A DNA stretch of 64,000 nucleotides from a virus. Under the pieces are notes generated by a model, which saw only the letters and a list, made by a program, of their open reading frames with translations, did no database searches and was not told where the DNA came from. The stretch is taken from the IMG/VR virus record IMGVR_UViG_3300028536_000015, positions 9,365 through 73,364 of that record. One strand, given 5' to 3'. This document shows, in pieces, positions 19,095 to 27,804 of the stretch. The position numbers were made by a program, and so were the translations under genes. The number at the start of each line of letters is the position of its first letter. The stretch's first letter is position 1.

Positions 19095-19609
19095 ATCCGG
19101 CCCGCCGCCTTGAGCATCCTGACCACCAGCTCGTCAGGGGACATTCCGGCGATGCGCATTTGATCGACGCTCTTCCTGGAGAAGATGAACTTGTCTACCT
19201 TCTGAAGACCCTCTTCCTGCTTGGTCGAGAGACTGGATAGGAGCTGAGAAAAGGTTCCGGCATCACCAGACTTGAGCATCTGCTCAAACTCGCTCCGGGT
19301 TCCAGGGATGATCGTGTCCAGACTGGGATCGATGATGATCTTGACCTCGTGCATTTCGCCTTCATGACGCCACTGAAACGTATGAACCTCGGGAGCGCGT
19401 GGAGCCATCTTCTCGACAACAGTCTCCTTGATGAGCTTGTTACCCTCTTCCGTGAGCTTGCTGATATAGTCTGAGAAGTTGGTTGCTTCTTCCTTCTTGG
19501 GTTCTTTGCGTTTCTTGAGTTGCTTCCTGAACTCCATCACAATAGCGACGATTACCACCGCCCAGTAGAAGCAGGCGGTGACGTTAAGAAAGATTTCATT
19601 GCCGGTCAT
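19091..19609 (-). CDS. Hypothetical membrane-anchored protein
   Basis: N-terminal hydrophobic segment; RBS present. Confidence 0.6.
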   Translation of the reverse strand: MTGNEIFLNVTACFYWAVVIVAIVMEFRKQLKKRKEPKKEEATNFSDYISKLTEEGNKLIKETVVEKMAPRAPEVHTFQWRHEGEMHEVKIIIDPSLDTIIPGTRSEFEQMLKSGDAGTFSQLLSSLSTKQEEGLQKVDKFIFSRKSVDQMRIAGMSPDELVVRMLKAAGRM

Positions 19610-19613
19610 TTAG

Positions 19614-19997
19614 TTACCCTCCTTCTTTTTCAGATATTTCCTTGAGTTCGTTGCCGCCACTCTTGCGGGCGATCATGGATATCTCCTCTCCGTCCTGTCT
19701 TTGCTCGTCCATCAGAGCCACGGTGCACGGGAGACATACCAGGGTCAGGTTCTTCGGCATATTGTCGCGGAAGAAAATCTTACGATCGCAGAAGCTGCAC
19801 TTATCGTACTTGATCTGATCAGCCCAGATATCCGGGATGTTTCGGATGTTTTCCTCAGTCGCAGGAAGACAGGAGCCGAAGTCAGCGCTACTGATATGAG
19901 CATCCATCTCCGTGTCGTCTACTTCCTTCAGAGAGCCCTCGGCGACCATCTCGTCCAGAATTTCCAAGCTCTTCTTTAGTTTCTTAATATCCATCAT
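19614..19997 (-). CDS. Hypothetical CxxC...CxxC protein
   Basis: CSFC and CLPC motifs. Confidence 0.6.
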   Translation of the reverse strand: MMDIKKLKKSLEILDEMVAEGSLKEVDDTEMDAHISSADFGSCLPATEENIRNIPDIWADQIKYDKCSFCDRKIFFRDNMPKNLTLVCLPCTVALMDEQRQDGEEISMIARKSGGNELKEISEKEGG

Positions 19998-20257
19998 TGT
20001 CTTCCCTCCAGTTCATCCATGATTTGCATGGCGCGGAATGTCTCTTCGTATTCCTTGCAGAGACCTTCTACCCTATCCCGACTTACCTTTTGTTCCCGGT
20101 CCCGGTATAGTATTTCTTCCCTCATAGCTTCGAATTCTACGTAGTTATGTCTCGCTATGTTTTCTTTCTTCATACGCCATGCACTGAACATCATAATCAA
20201 ACCAACCGACATCATAAAGATGAACACGGTACAAAAGAGCACAATCAAAACGCTCAT
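19994..20257 (-). CDS. Hypothetical membrane-anchored protein
   Basis: N-terminal hydrophobic segment; ATGA coupling. Confidence 0.55.
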   Translation of the reverse strand: MSVLIVLFCTVFIFMMSVGLIMMFSAWRMKKENIARHNYVEFEAMREEILYRDREQKVSRDRVEGLCKEYEETFRAMQIMDELEGRQ

Positions 20258-20691
20258 AGCAGGTTCAAGCTCCTCTTGATCGCCATGATATCAGCGCCGA
20301 GCTTGCCTTTCGCCAGCTCTTTCACGCGCTCGATAGAACTGACGATCGTTGAACGGTCACGGCCTCCTAAGCGGGAAGCAATCTGAGGTATCGACAGGCT
20401 GGTATGCTGACTGGCAATGTAGGCAATAACATGACGGGCGCAGACGATCTTCACACCACGACGCGCTGAGATAATATCCAGCATGGACACTTTATAATAT
20501 TTGCACACTTTCCGAAAGATGTCCTTGAACGTGATGGACTTCGGATCGATCAGGAAATCATAGTCGTCTTCTTCGATCTGGATCGGTGGGGGCGCAGGCT
20601 CTTCCTGAGGGACCAGCTTGGCTGCATCGGCAATCCTCCCGCGCCGCTCCTTGTGTTCTCTCTGAAGCTTTTGCAGGTACGTCTCGGTCAT
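20254..20691 (-). CDS. DnaA C-terminal (domain IV) HTH-like protein
   Basis: VCKYYKVSMLDIISARR...ARHVIAYI...SIPQIASRLGGRDRSTIV matches DnaA domain IV. Confidence 0.85.
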   Translation of the reverse strand: MTETYLQKLQREHKERRGRIADAAKLVPQEEPAPPPIQIEEDDYDFLIDPKSITFKDIFRKVCKYYKVSMLDIISARRGVKIVCARHVIAYIASQHTSLSIPQIASRLGGRDRSTIVSSIERVKELAKGKLGADIMAIKRSLNLL

Positions 20692-20975
20692 TGGATAAAC
20701 TGCTGTTCGCCCCCTTCGAAGGCCGGCTTGTCGAAGTTAATCAGCTTGGTGACAACCTCCGTCATCTCCTGAAGGGCTCCGCGTTTATCATCGTTGCAGT
20801 CGATGATATAAGCCGCAAGAAATGACAGAGCGCACATCACATCTCTTGCGCTCATCCCCTCTACCATCTCGATAAGATTAGCCGTGATCTCTCCGACTTT
20901 TTGATCGTCGTCGTGGAACATCTTGCTGACCGACTTGATGAACTCTGCCCTGTTATTGAAATCGAACTTAGCCAT
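20688..20975 (-). CDS. Hypothetical protein
   Basis: Start MAKFDF with GGAG RBS. Confidence 0.55.
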   Translation of the reverse strand: MAKFDFNNRAEFIKSVSKMFHDDDQKVGEITANLIEMVEGMSARDVMCALSFLAAYIIDCNDDKRGALQEMTEVVTKLINFDKPAFEGGEQQFIQ

Positions 20976-21448
20976 TGAGTTTCTCCAGACTTCCCACAAA
21001 GGTTCCACCGATTTCCGCACCTTTGGTATCAAGTTCGTTGAACGGCGATAGAAAAACTTCACCACCCTCAGGTCGATTGATGACATACTGGCCCATACGC
21101 TTGTCACCCTTGCGGTCTTCAGCAGTAATCTGGGATGACTTCGATGCGGTCGGGACATTCGCTAGGCATGACGCCTGACAAGTAATCGTCGCGCCCACGC
21201 GTGACACCCCAGGCTTCAGCCATGAAGCCGACGACATGAGCATCGACTTCCTTGGCCTTCGCCTGGATGAACTTGAAGAGTTCCTGCTTCTCACCGGGAG
21301 TACCCGAAAACTGGGTGATAACGGGAATGATCTCCTTGTCGCTGACGATGATCCACATCGGCATGACTTCACCATTTTTATCGAAGCAGTCCTTGGAGAA
21401 TTCAGCCAGATGCTTCAGCATCTCCTCTGCGTTCTTGATGTCGCTCAT
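20968..21448 (-). pseudogene. Hypothetical gene apparently split by a one-base frameshift near 21133
   Basis: Removing one C joins ...PSECPDRIEVI to QITAEDRKGDKRMGQYVINR..., giving one ORF coupled to both neighbours. Confidence 0.5.
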
Positions 21449-21768
21449 TTCAGGTTCTCCTTCATCTTCTCAAAAAAGACCGCACCGGCACCCTTCTGCA
21501 AATCTCCGGTGTCCCTTTCGGATACCTTCTCGGAAATCTTGGTCGCGGCGGCTAGCATGATCGCAAGCGTCTTCTCGGGATTACTGGAGCAATAGAGCAC
21601 GTAGGCAAGTCCCAAGGACAGCGCCAAGGCGACATCGGCTGGCGTCGTGCTGGTCGTGATCATGCTGGACATCTGATCGAGCGCAGTCCTGGCGGATTGC
21701 GGGAACTTGCCCATGTATTCCGGATCAAGCGCATCATGCATGACCTTCTTCATTTCATCTGATTTCAT
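21445..21768 (-). CDS. Hypothetical protein
   Basis: Coupled ORF. Confidence 0.6.
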   Translation of the reverse strand: MKSDEMKKVMHDALDPEYMGKFPQSARTALDQMSSMITTSTTPADVALALSLGLAYVLYCSSNPEKTLAIMLAAATKISEKVSERDTGDLQKGAGAVFFEKMKENLK

Positions 21769-22079
21769 TTTCCTTTTCCCTCTTGTACAAGATTTTCATA
21801 AAGTTCGATAGATTGCATCGTGTCTTCGTATTCGAAGGCGGCTCTGTCCATATTGGAATTGGACTTGCCGATCATGCCTTTTTCAAGCGCGAGTATCTCA
21901 CTGATGATTGCTGCTTGTTGCCCTGGGGTTGGCATATTATACAGGTCATTCATCTTCTGATGATACGTATCTTTGCCCCATTCAGTATGAAACAGACTTG
22001 AAATAGGTGCAACCGATGAGGAGCCTTTGGCGCCCACGTTAATTGAGCCTCTCGTCCTTGGTCGAGCTTGCTTCATCAA
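21765..22079 (-). CDS. Hypothetical protein (start uncertain)
   Basis: Fills the gap in the minus-strand array. Confidence 0.45.
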   Translation of the reverse strand: MMKQARPRTRGSINVGAKGSSSVAPISSLFHTEWGKDTYHQKMNDLYNMPTPGQQAAIISEILALEKGMIGKSNSNMDRAAFEYEDTMQSIELYENLVQEGKGK

Positions 22080-22317
22080 GGAAGTCCACGTCCTCAGCGC
22101 CGGCTTCGATGATCTGTTCGTAGATGTATTCGGCGATCGCCCTGGAGGCGTTGAACAAGCCCTCCTGGCTTTCCTCCTTCATGTCTTCGAGGCACTCGCG
22201 AGGAGATTTACCCTTTGGGCGCGCGGTTCCTGTGAGACCCTCGACGATCCGGATCGCCATCTCGGCTTGATCCAGCTTGATCGCGATGATCTTCTTCTCT
22301 TTGGTTTCCTTGGTCAT
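22039..22317 (-). CDS. Hypothetical protein
   Basis: AGAGGGAA RBS upstream. Confidence 0.6.
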   Translation of the reverse strand: MTKETKEKKIIAIKLDQAEMAIRIVEGLTGTARPKGKSPRECLEDMKEESQEGLFNASRAIAEYIYEQIIEAGAEDVDFLDEASSTKDERLN

Positions 22318-22377
22318 TAGCTTTTCCCTCTGAGACTAGACGTGGATACTAGACACAGAATGTGGTTATTTAAGGAT

Positions 22378-22713
22378 TTAATATCCCAGTTCTTCTGCAA
22401 GATTTGCATATATATCATACTCGGCGTCGTCGGCCGCGAACTTCTTGCTGAGCTTCTTCAGGCGAAGGGCATGCTTACGACCGGCGGCAAAGCCACTATT
22501 CCAAGATGCATGGCGTCCATTTTTCCGGCACGCTTTCTGAAATTCATCCGAAGTGTAGTAATCGTAACGTGCGATGATATCACCCATGCTGGGCCTATCC
22601 AGCATCTTATAGGGATTTTCTTTTGGCATCTTACAGGGATTGGTCCCGGAGTTATATCCGCGCTGCCAAGCCTTTGATCTAGGAATAGGTTTTCTTGCGG
22701 ACTTCATCGACAA
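22378..22713 (-). CDS. Hypothetical protein, weakly Rmf-like
   Basis: AWQRGYNSG...NPY...WNSGF pattern. Confidence 0.5.
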   Translation of the reverse strand: MSMKSARKPIPRSKAWQRGYNSGTNPCKMPKENPYKMLDRPSMGDIIARYDYYTSDEFQKACRKNGRHASWNSGFAAGRKHALRLKKLSKKFAADDAEYDIYANLAEELGY

Positions 22714-22987
22714 CCCACTGACGGTTCTTTTGCGCGGCGAGCACTCTTTCGTCGCCAGCTATTTCATGCATCTCACTCGATGTCAGATGACGTAGACCAT
22801 AGTCTTCGAACGCAGCGATATTGCCGCAATAGACACAGACCGAGATATCTCCAGGGACAGGCATGGCATGTTCGGCCGTGGTGCTGGTTGCCATGTCCAA
22901 GTCTTTGCCGCAATCAAGGCACTTGATCTCAGTTATCTTTGTAGTGTTCCCGACTTTCATATGCCCTCCTATCTTGCTCCAATTCAT
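22679..22987 (-). CDS. Hypothetical zinc-finger-like protein
   Basis: CLDC and CVYC motifs. Confidence 0.6.
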   Translation of the reverse strand: MNWSKIGGHMKVGNTTKITEIKCLDCGKDLDMATSTTAEHAMPVPGDISVCVYCGNIAAFEDYGLRHLTSSEMHEIAGDERVLAAQKNRQWVVDEVRKKTYS

Positions 22988-23123
22988 TGGTCTCTACCAG
23001 CCGGCTCTTGATATCTCGTCTTACGGCCTGTCTCTCGCCTTTCCAGAAAGGTCGTTTGACCCACTTAAGATGCTTCCACCATTCCGGCGATGAGGTCAGA
23101 ATTCCCTTCTTCTTGGTTGCCAT
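22929..23123 (-). CDS. Hypothetical protein
   Basis: GGAGG RBS; WWKHLK...FWKGER. Confidence 0.5.
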   Translation of the reverse strand: MATKKKGILTSSPEWWKHLKWVKRPFWKGERQAVRRDIKSRLVETNELEQDRRAYESREHYKDN

Positions 23124-23373
23124 TTAGTTCCTCCATGATTTCGATAGCGCGCATGGTTTCATCATATCCAGAGCTATCCATAACGAGAGGATAGCAGATA
23201 TGACCTTCAGCGATATCAAGAGCTTTATTGAGAAACATCGCATCCTCATCGCCTTGTTCAAGGCAGCCGTGTTCTTTAGCTTGGTTCCAAAACTCCAGGT
23301 AAATCTTTTGGGCTTGACGCTGTTCTGGTGAGCGACGCCAACGAGCAAGGGCATCATCATATAACTTACCCAT
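23065..23373 (-). CDS. Hypothetical protein
   Basis: GAGGAG RBS. Confidence 0.5.
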   Translation of the reverse strand: MGKLYDDALARWRRSPEQRQAQKIYLEFWNQAKEHGCLEQGDEDAMFLNKALDIAEGHICYPLVMDSSGYDETMRAIEIMEELNGNQEEGNSDLIAGMVEAS

Positions 23374-23587
23374 TGGATATCTCCTCGATCAGTTGATTGA
23401 TCATGTCTTGCTCTTGATCCCATTCGGTCATGCCGCGAATTTGGGTATCGGCGCATTCCCAACCATGATCCCAACGGCGCCATTTGTGTATAGACCTTGT
23501 GCGGCGTGGATTAGCATCACGCGGCTTGCCGTTGTGGCGAGCGCGGTAGCCATCGTACCACCATCGATTATGTCCCTCGGTCGGCAT
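23366..23587 (-). CDS. Small Rmf-like protein
   Basis: GYRARHNGKPRDANP...WDHGW pattern. Confidence 0.5.
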   Translation of the reverse strand: MPTEGHNRWWYDGYRARHNGKPRDANPRRTRSIHKWRRWDHGWECADTQIRGMTEWDQEQDMINQLIEEISNG

Positions 23588-23591
23588 GGTC

Positions 23592-23801
23592 TCATCTCAA
23601 GAAGTCGTCTATGGCTGCGATCAGGTCCTCGACGTAGGAGCTGCCCCAGTCTTTCGCGATGGTTCTGGACTTCAGCAGCACGAGGAACTCAGAAAGCATC
23701 GCGCGGCTTTTGGCAGTAGGCGAAGTTACCAGCGCATGGAAATTAGCCTCGTTGCCTCCAGCGGCGACGTGAGGCATTTGCTGTTTGGCGGGAGTTACCA
23801 T
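23592..23801 (-). CDS. Hypothetical protein
   Basis: Coupled ORF. Confidence 0.5.
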   Translation of the reverse strand: MVTPAKQQMPHVAAGGNEANFHALVTSPTAKSRAMLSEFLVLLKSRTIAKDWGSSYVEDLIAAIDDFLR

Positions 23802-24409
23802 TGCAGGTCCTTCATTTCGAGTTCAGCTAGACACACAAATCTTGTTCCTTCGATGACCGCATCAAAAGACTTATGGTGGTGACCGTAGACCCAGAGTTTT
23901 GGTTTATGGACTTCCCAGAGTTTCTGTAAAGAAATTTGCGTGATGGATTTATCGTCCCAATGGTGCGAGTGCATCATGGGGATAATGCTCAAGGGGCAGT
24001 CGTGGGTGACCATGACGGTTGGCTTATAAGAGTTATATCTCGCCATGAGAGTTTCGAACTGCTCGGAAGACAACTCTTCGTTTTTCCACCAGGAGAAGTC
24101 TTCGACGCGGTACATATGGTCGATTGAGAACGCGCCGCCGATAAGCATAACTCCGTCGTCGTAAGTTCCGTCAGGTATCCACTGGGTGTGACGTGCGCAG
24201 ACATCGGGGTTATCGTGGTTGCCTCGGATAAATCTTGCGTTGGTTTCGACCATGAGGTCATAAGGCGGGTTTGTTTGGAACTCGCCATGGGGCCAGCGCC
24301 GGAACCCGATGCCCATGTCACCGACCTGAATGGTGCTCGGGGAAGACCTTATGAGTTTCTTATACTGTTGGTACTTTCCATGGACATCGCCGATGAAGGT
24401 GGCTTGCAT
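23795..24409 (-). CDS. Calcineurin-like metallophosphoesterase
   Basis: GDVHG, QVGD, RGNHD, THDCP, GHHH motifs. Confidence 0.9.
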   Translation of the reverse strand: MQATFIGDVHGKYQQYKKLIRSSPSTIQVGDMGIGFRRWPHGEFQTNPPYDLMVETNARFIRGNHDNPDVCARHTQWIPDGTYDDGVMLIGGAFSIDHMYRVEDFSWWKNEELSSEQFETLMARYNSYKPTVMVTHDCPLSIIPMMHSHHWDDKSITQISLQKLWEVHKPKLWVYGHHHKSFDAVIEGTRFVCLAELEMKDLQW

Positions 24410-24417
24410 GGTAGTCC

Positions 24418-25272
24418 CTAGAGGATGGGGCGTTGGAAGAGATAAGGTTCTTTGGGGATGACGAGGTTGGCGCGTTGGGTCAGGGGCTTGGCGAGGATTT
24501 CCATGGGAAGTAGTTTTTCTTGGGAGACCAAGAAACTCTCACCCAAGAGTTTGCGCAGCTTGGTGGGGTCGCTGGTGCCGTGGGTCTGGATCAGATGGCG
24601 CATGGTGAGATATCGGCTGTTGAAGTACATGTAGTGGGTTCCTTCTTCGAGCGCGAAGGGTTTGAAACCAGCACCAATGAAGGAGCCTCCGCTGAAACCC
24701 AGGTTGGGGTTGATGAACGTGAATAGGATTTTTGTAGAAAAGTTTTTTATGAGATGACTTGAAAGGCGTTTGGTAAAGTGACTGAAGGTATTTGCGGGAG
24801 CCCATCGGAACGCAAAGAAGCGCGTGTAGGTGAAGGCTTCTGCTGGAACTATTTTATCTTTGATCTTGTCTATGACGTGAGCGAGATCACACAGAGCTAC
24901 ACTACCGATGCAGACGATCTTGCCGCTGGTTTTATCGAGGTAGCCAAAATGGAACCCGGGTCGATAGGACCCAATATAGTGGAAGTTTTCGTGGAGTTTT
25001 TTTGCTATGGTTTCATCTAACTTAATGAACTCCAGATGGTCGAGGGTCAGTTCAGTTCGCGGGGGTGCTAGGTGATGCGCATAGTTCTTGGTTCGTGCTT
25101 GCAGCAAAGCCGCTAGGCGGAACATCTCGTCTCTGAAATCGCCTGGGCCGGGGACCCCGCCATCGGCAGAAAGACGGGGGATGTGGAGTAAGGTTTGGGA
25201 ACGCAGCGCAAGAGGATCGATATTGTGCATTGCGGCACATTCGTCTACCTCGTGCTGATCTAAGACAGTCAT
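24418..25272 (-). CDS. Mom-like (GNAT-fold) putative DNA modification protein
   Basis: HENFHYIG...TRFFAFRWAPANTFS...TFINPNLGFSGGSF resembles the Mom-family HY...R....P.N..S...SY.DP..G..G..Y layout. Confidence 0.55.
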   Translation of the reverse strand: MTVLDQHEVDECAAMHNIDPLALRSQTLLHIPRLSADGGVPGPGDFRDEMFRLAALLQARTKNYAHHLAPPRTELTLDHLEFIKLDETIAKKLHENFHYIGSYRPGFHFGYLDKTSGKIVCIGSVALCDLAHVIDKIKDKIVPAEAFTYTRFFAFRWAPANTFSHFTKRLSSHLIKNFSTKILFTFINPNLGFSGGSFIGAGFKPFALEEGTHYMYFNSRYLTMRHLIQTHGTSDPTKLRKLLGESFLVSQEKLLPMEILAKPLTQRANLVIPKEPYLFQRPIL

Positions 25273-25529
25273 AACAGTTCCTCCCACAGTTCCATGGCGC
25301 GCAATGTCTCCTGATACTCATCTGCTGCCTCCCTGAATACGTCCTTCCCCACTCCTAGATGCTCGTTATAACAGTGCCAGAGCAGCTCGTGGTTGAGCCT
25401 GTCATACCATTCAGTCGTGTCCTTAAGCTCTTGGAACCTCTGAAAAATAGCGGTGTGATCCAGAAGCGGCAGCGCCAGGATCAAGTTGTAAATCTCTTCA
25501 AACGCCGCGCTCTCAGATGTTCGTGACAT
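25269..25529 (-). CDS. Hypothetical protein
   Basis: AGAGGGAA RBS; coupled to the next gene. Confidence 0.6.
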   Translation of the reverse strand: MSRTSESAAFEEIYNLILALPLLDHTAIFQRFQELKDTTEWYDRLNHELLWHCYNEHLGVGKDVFREAADEYQETLRAMELWEELL

Positions 25530-25573
25530 CAGGGTTCCCTCTCATAGGATTGTGGCACAATAAGGGTGAGTGG

Positions 25574-25834
25574 TCATTCATCCAAAAATCTGATACTCTC
25601 ATCGTCAATCACAACCGGACACACTGCGGGTTTCAATCGGGTTTTCTTCCGCAATCGATACGCCTTCATGTAAGCCGCCCTTGCCCGCTTCCGCGATGGC
25701 TTCGGGAAACTCCCGTCCGCAAGCCGGTCCAGGAACTCCTGGCATAGCCGCTTGATCCTGGGGACTAAGCTAGTATCCCTGAAGAACTCAGCCTCTCTCC
25801 TAATCTCTTCATTCGTCATTCTGTAACCCATCAC
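25574..25834 (-). CDS. Hypothetical basic protein
   Basis: RAAYMKAYR pattern; first gene of the leftward array. Confidence 0.5.
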   Translation of the reverse strand: MMGYRMTNEEIRREAEFFRDTSLVPRIKRLCQEFLDRLADGSFPKPSRKRARAAYMKAYRLRKKTRLKPAVCPVVIDDESIRFLDE

Positions 25835-26046
25835 TCATGTTGCTGTAGCCAGTTACATATCGTCTGGCGCAGGTACAACAAGGGTTCAATAGAATTTTTT
25901 ATAAAGAGTCGGGAGACCAAAGAAGTCTCAGACCCCGCCGGCCCTTTCCCTAGCGGCCCTGCCCCCGGCCTGGGTCCCTTTCCCATATCATACTACCTCA
26001 CCCTATAGCCCTAGGGGCGCCCCAGTGCATAGGCACATCACACATG

Positions 26047-26059
26047 CAAGCCATTGATA
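26047..26059. promoter_or_regulatory. IHF consensus site
   Basis: CAAGCCATTGATA is the reverse complement of WATCAA-N4-TTR. Confidence 0.55.
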
Positions 26060-26078
26060 TCATTGATGTATCGCAACG

Positions 26079-26106
26079 TAGTTCCATAATAGATGTTATG
26101 CGAACT
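26079..26106 (-). other. dif-like XerC/XerD recombination site
   Basis: AGTTCGCATAA-CATCTA-TTATGGAACTA: 11-6-11 layout with CGCATAA and TTATG arms. Confidence 0.8.
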
Positions 26107-26549
26107 GTGATGTGGACACGTGTGGGTGCGTGGAGATGGGGAAGAGCGCGGACAGACTACGTATTGCCCTATCTTCCTGCTCGATAGTCTTGGATATCTT
26201 ATCTGTGCCTAGGGAGGCACGAGAGAGCGGGACAACAGGTCTTATGCATCTATTGTGCATCTCTAGCACACCCTCTGTAGGGGCTTTGCAGGGGTAGGTG
26301 TGCGGGGAAAATGTTGCGCTGGGGTCTAAGCTCGGGAGAGCGTTGCGCGCCCTGGTGCGCCTGGAGACATGCACAAATGCATTGCTGCTATGCGTCAGGC
26401 AATTATACCCGGATAGCTTAGCAGCTCTGGTGACTGTGAACATTGTTCACTCATAGCTCCTATGCAATTATGCATGGATTGCTTGCACTTAGCAAGAGCT
26501 ATGTTTGTTTGCATACCTGCTATGCGTTTGCCCCACTAACCCAATTTGT

Positions 26550-26950
26550 ACAAAGGCGTATGTACATCGGGTGAGGCGAGGGCTTGGTGCTCTCGCGGAG
26601 ATACCCGATACCCTTGGATTGAGCCTCCCGCCTGATTGGCGCGGGACACCAGCGAGGTGCAGCTAGCACCATATCGCGGCCAAGTGGCGAACTATAAGCC
26701 ACAGCGCTCCAGCCCTTACGGTTTCGCACTTGCGATAACCCTGGCGACACTAGCGACCAACAGTCCGTTAGTGACTGTGTTAGAGTAGGGGCATGTTCTA
26801 CATGCTGGCGAGGGCTTTCGAGCTAGTAGCCAACCGAGGGTAGCACGGCGGGACCGAAAATCGGGTAGCACTCCATTGCGAGTGTGTGGCGCGGCCACAA
26901 TACCTAAAAGTCCTCTCAAGGCAGCGCCTCTCGACCGTGGCCTATTCCTT
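26550..26950 (+). ncRNA. Large multi-stem structured RNA candidate, family not recognised
   Basis: Five nested long-range helices and several local hairpins, G-U pairs favouring the plus strand, no credible ORF. Confidence 0.65.
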
Positions 26951-27239
26951 GAGATGATACCAAGTTTTGCATTGCACTTAACATGGTCACAATGAGCTTG
27001 GAACGCAGGCTAGCGCTTGCGAAAGGTAAACAGCCGCTTCTCACGAGCCTGACGCTTTCGCCGCACTGCTGGCGCTTACAAGCTCTTCCCTTTTCCTCTT
27101 AGACTACCGCTAATGTTACCTAGTGGGGCTAGCTCGGAACTACATTCCAGGCTGGCCTTACTGCGAAGCATTACGCTTCAGACATGAGAAAGCAAGAAAA
27201 TGCATTCTCATGCTTTTTCTTGAGAGGGAAAACTATACC

Positions 27240-27419
27240 ATGGTCGCAGATCAACGCAAAGGTGCGCGTGCTCGTGCTCGGAACCGTATCAACACCATGT
27301 TGGACAATATGGTTGCCGCCAGCGAAACACCGCAAACCGCCACGTTCTCTAACGCCGCATGTTCCTCCGATATGGAGCATATGCGTTGGGCCGATGATGG
27401 CGGGCGACATCACGACTAA
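27240..27419 (+). CDS. 59-aa hypothetical protein
   Basis: AGAGGG RBS; its stop codon begins repeat copy 2. Confidence 0.55.
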   Translation: MVADQRKGARARARNRINTMLDNMVAASETPQTATFSNAACSSDMEHMRWADDGGRHHD

Positions 27420-27490
27420 TGTTTCGGCATGGGCAGGGAATTATACCTGCCCATTGCGAAGCATTATCGCTTCACAAGAGGGAAATTACC

Positions 27491-27679
27491 ATGACTGACA
27501 AAGGGATGCACACCGCAAGCGCCGGACATGGCCAGGATTGGGGGATTGATAATCTCTCAACTGCCCATGATCACGGGCGCGTTGTTCCGCCCATCGCCTA
27601 TCAGACGCCGGATGTGACTGTCTATGATATCGGTCACGAAAACGACGACCTGATCACGTCAGGTGATACCAATGTCTGA
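27491..27679 (+). CDS. Hypothetical protein
   Basis: AGAGGG RBS after repeat copy 2. Confidence 0.55.
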   Translation: MTDKGMHTASAGHGQDWGIDNLSTAHDHGRVVPPIAYQTPDVTVYDIGHENDDLITSGDTNV

Positions 27680-27743
27680 TGAAGGTACTGCGCTTCTGGC
27701 GCTGATGATCCTCATCGCCTTTACATTCGTTGTCTTGCTCTAA
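27672..27743 (+). CDS. 23-aa hydrophobic peptide
   Basis: MSDEGTALLALMILIAFTFVVLL with AGGTG RBS; its stop begins repeat copy 3. Confidence 0.45.
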   Translation: MSDEGTALLALMILIAFTFVVLL

Positions 27744-27804
27744 TGTTTCGGCATGCAGCATTCGTGCTGCATAGCGAAGCATTACGCTTCAAGAGGGAAA
27801 GACT

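Noticed and set aside
26096-26919. Short ORFs in the central non-coding hub
   Set aside because: They lack RBSs and recognisable motifs. The region is better explained by the dif site and structured RNA.
26350-27100. Group I/II intron, RNase P RNA or tmRNA
   Set aside because: No domain V, P7 core, RNase P GAGGAAAGUCC or tRNA-like ends were recognised, and no gene is interrupted.
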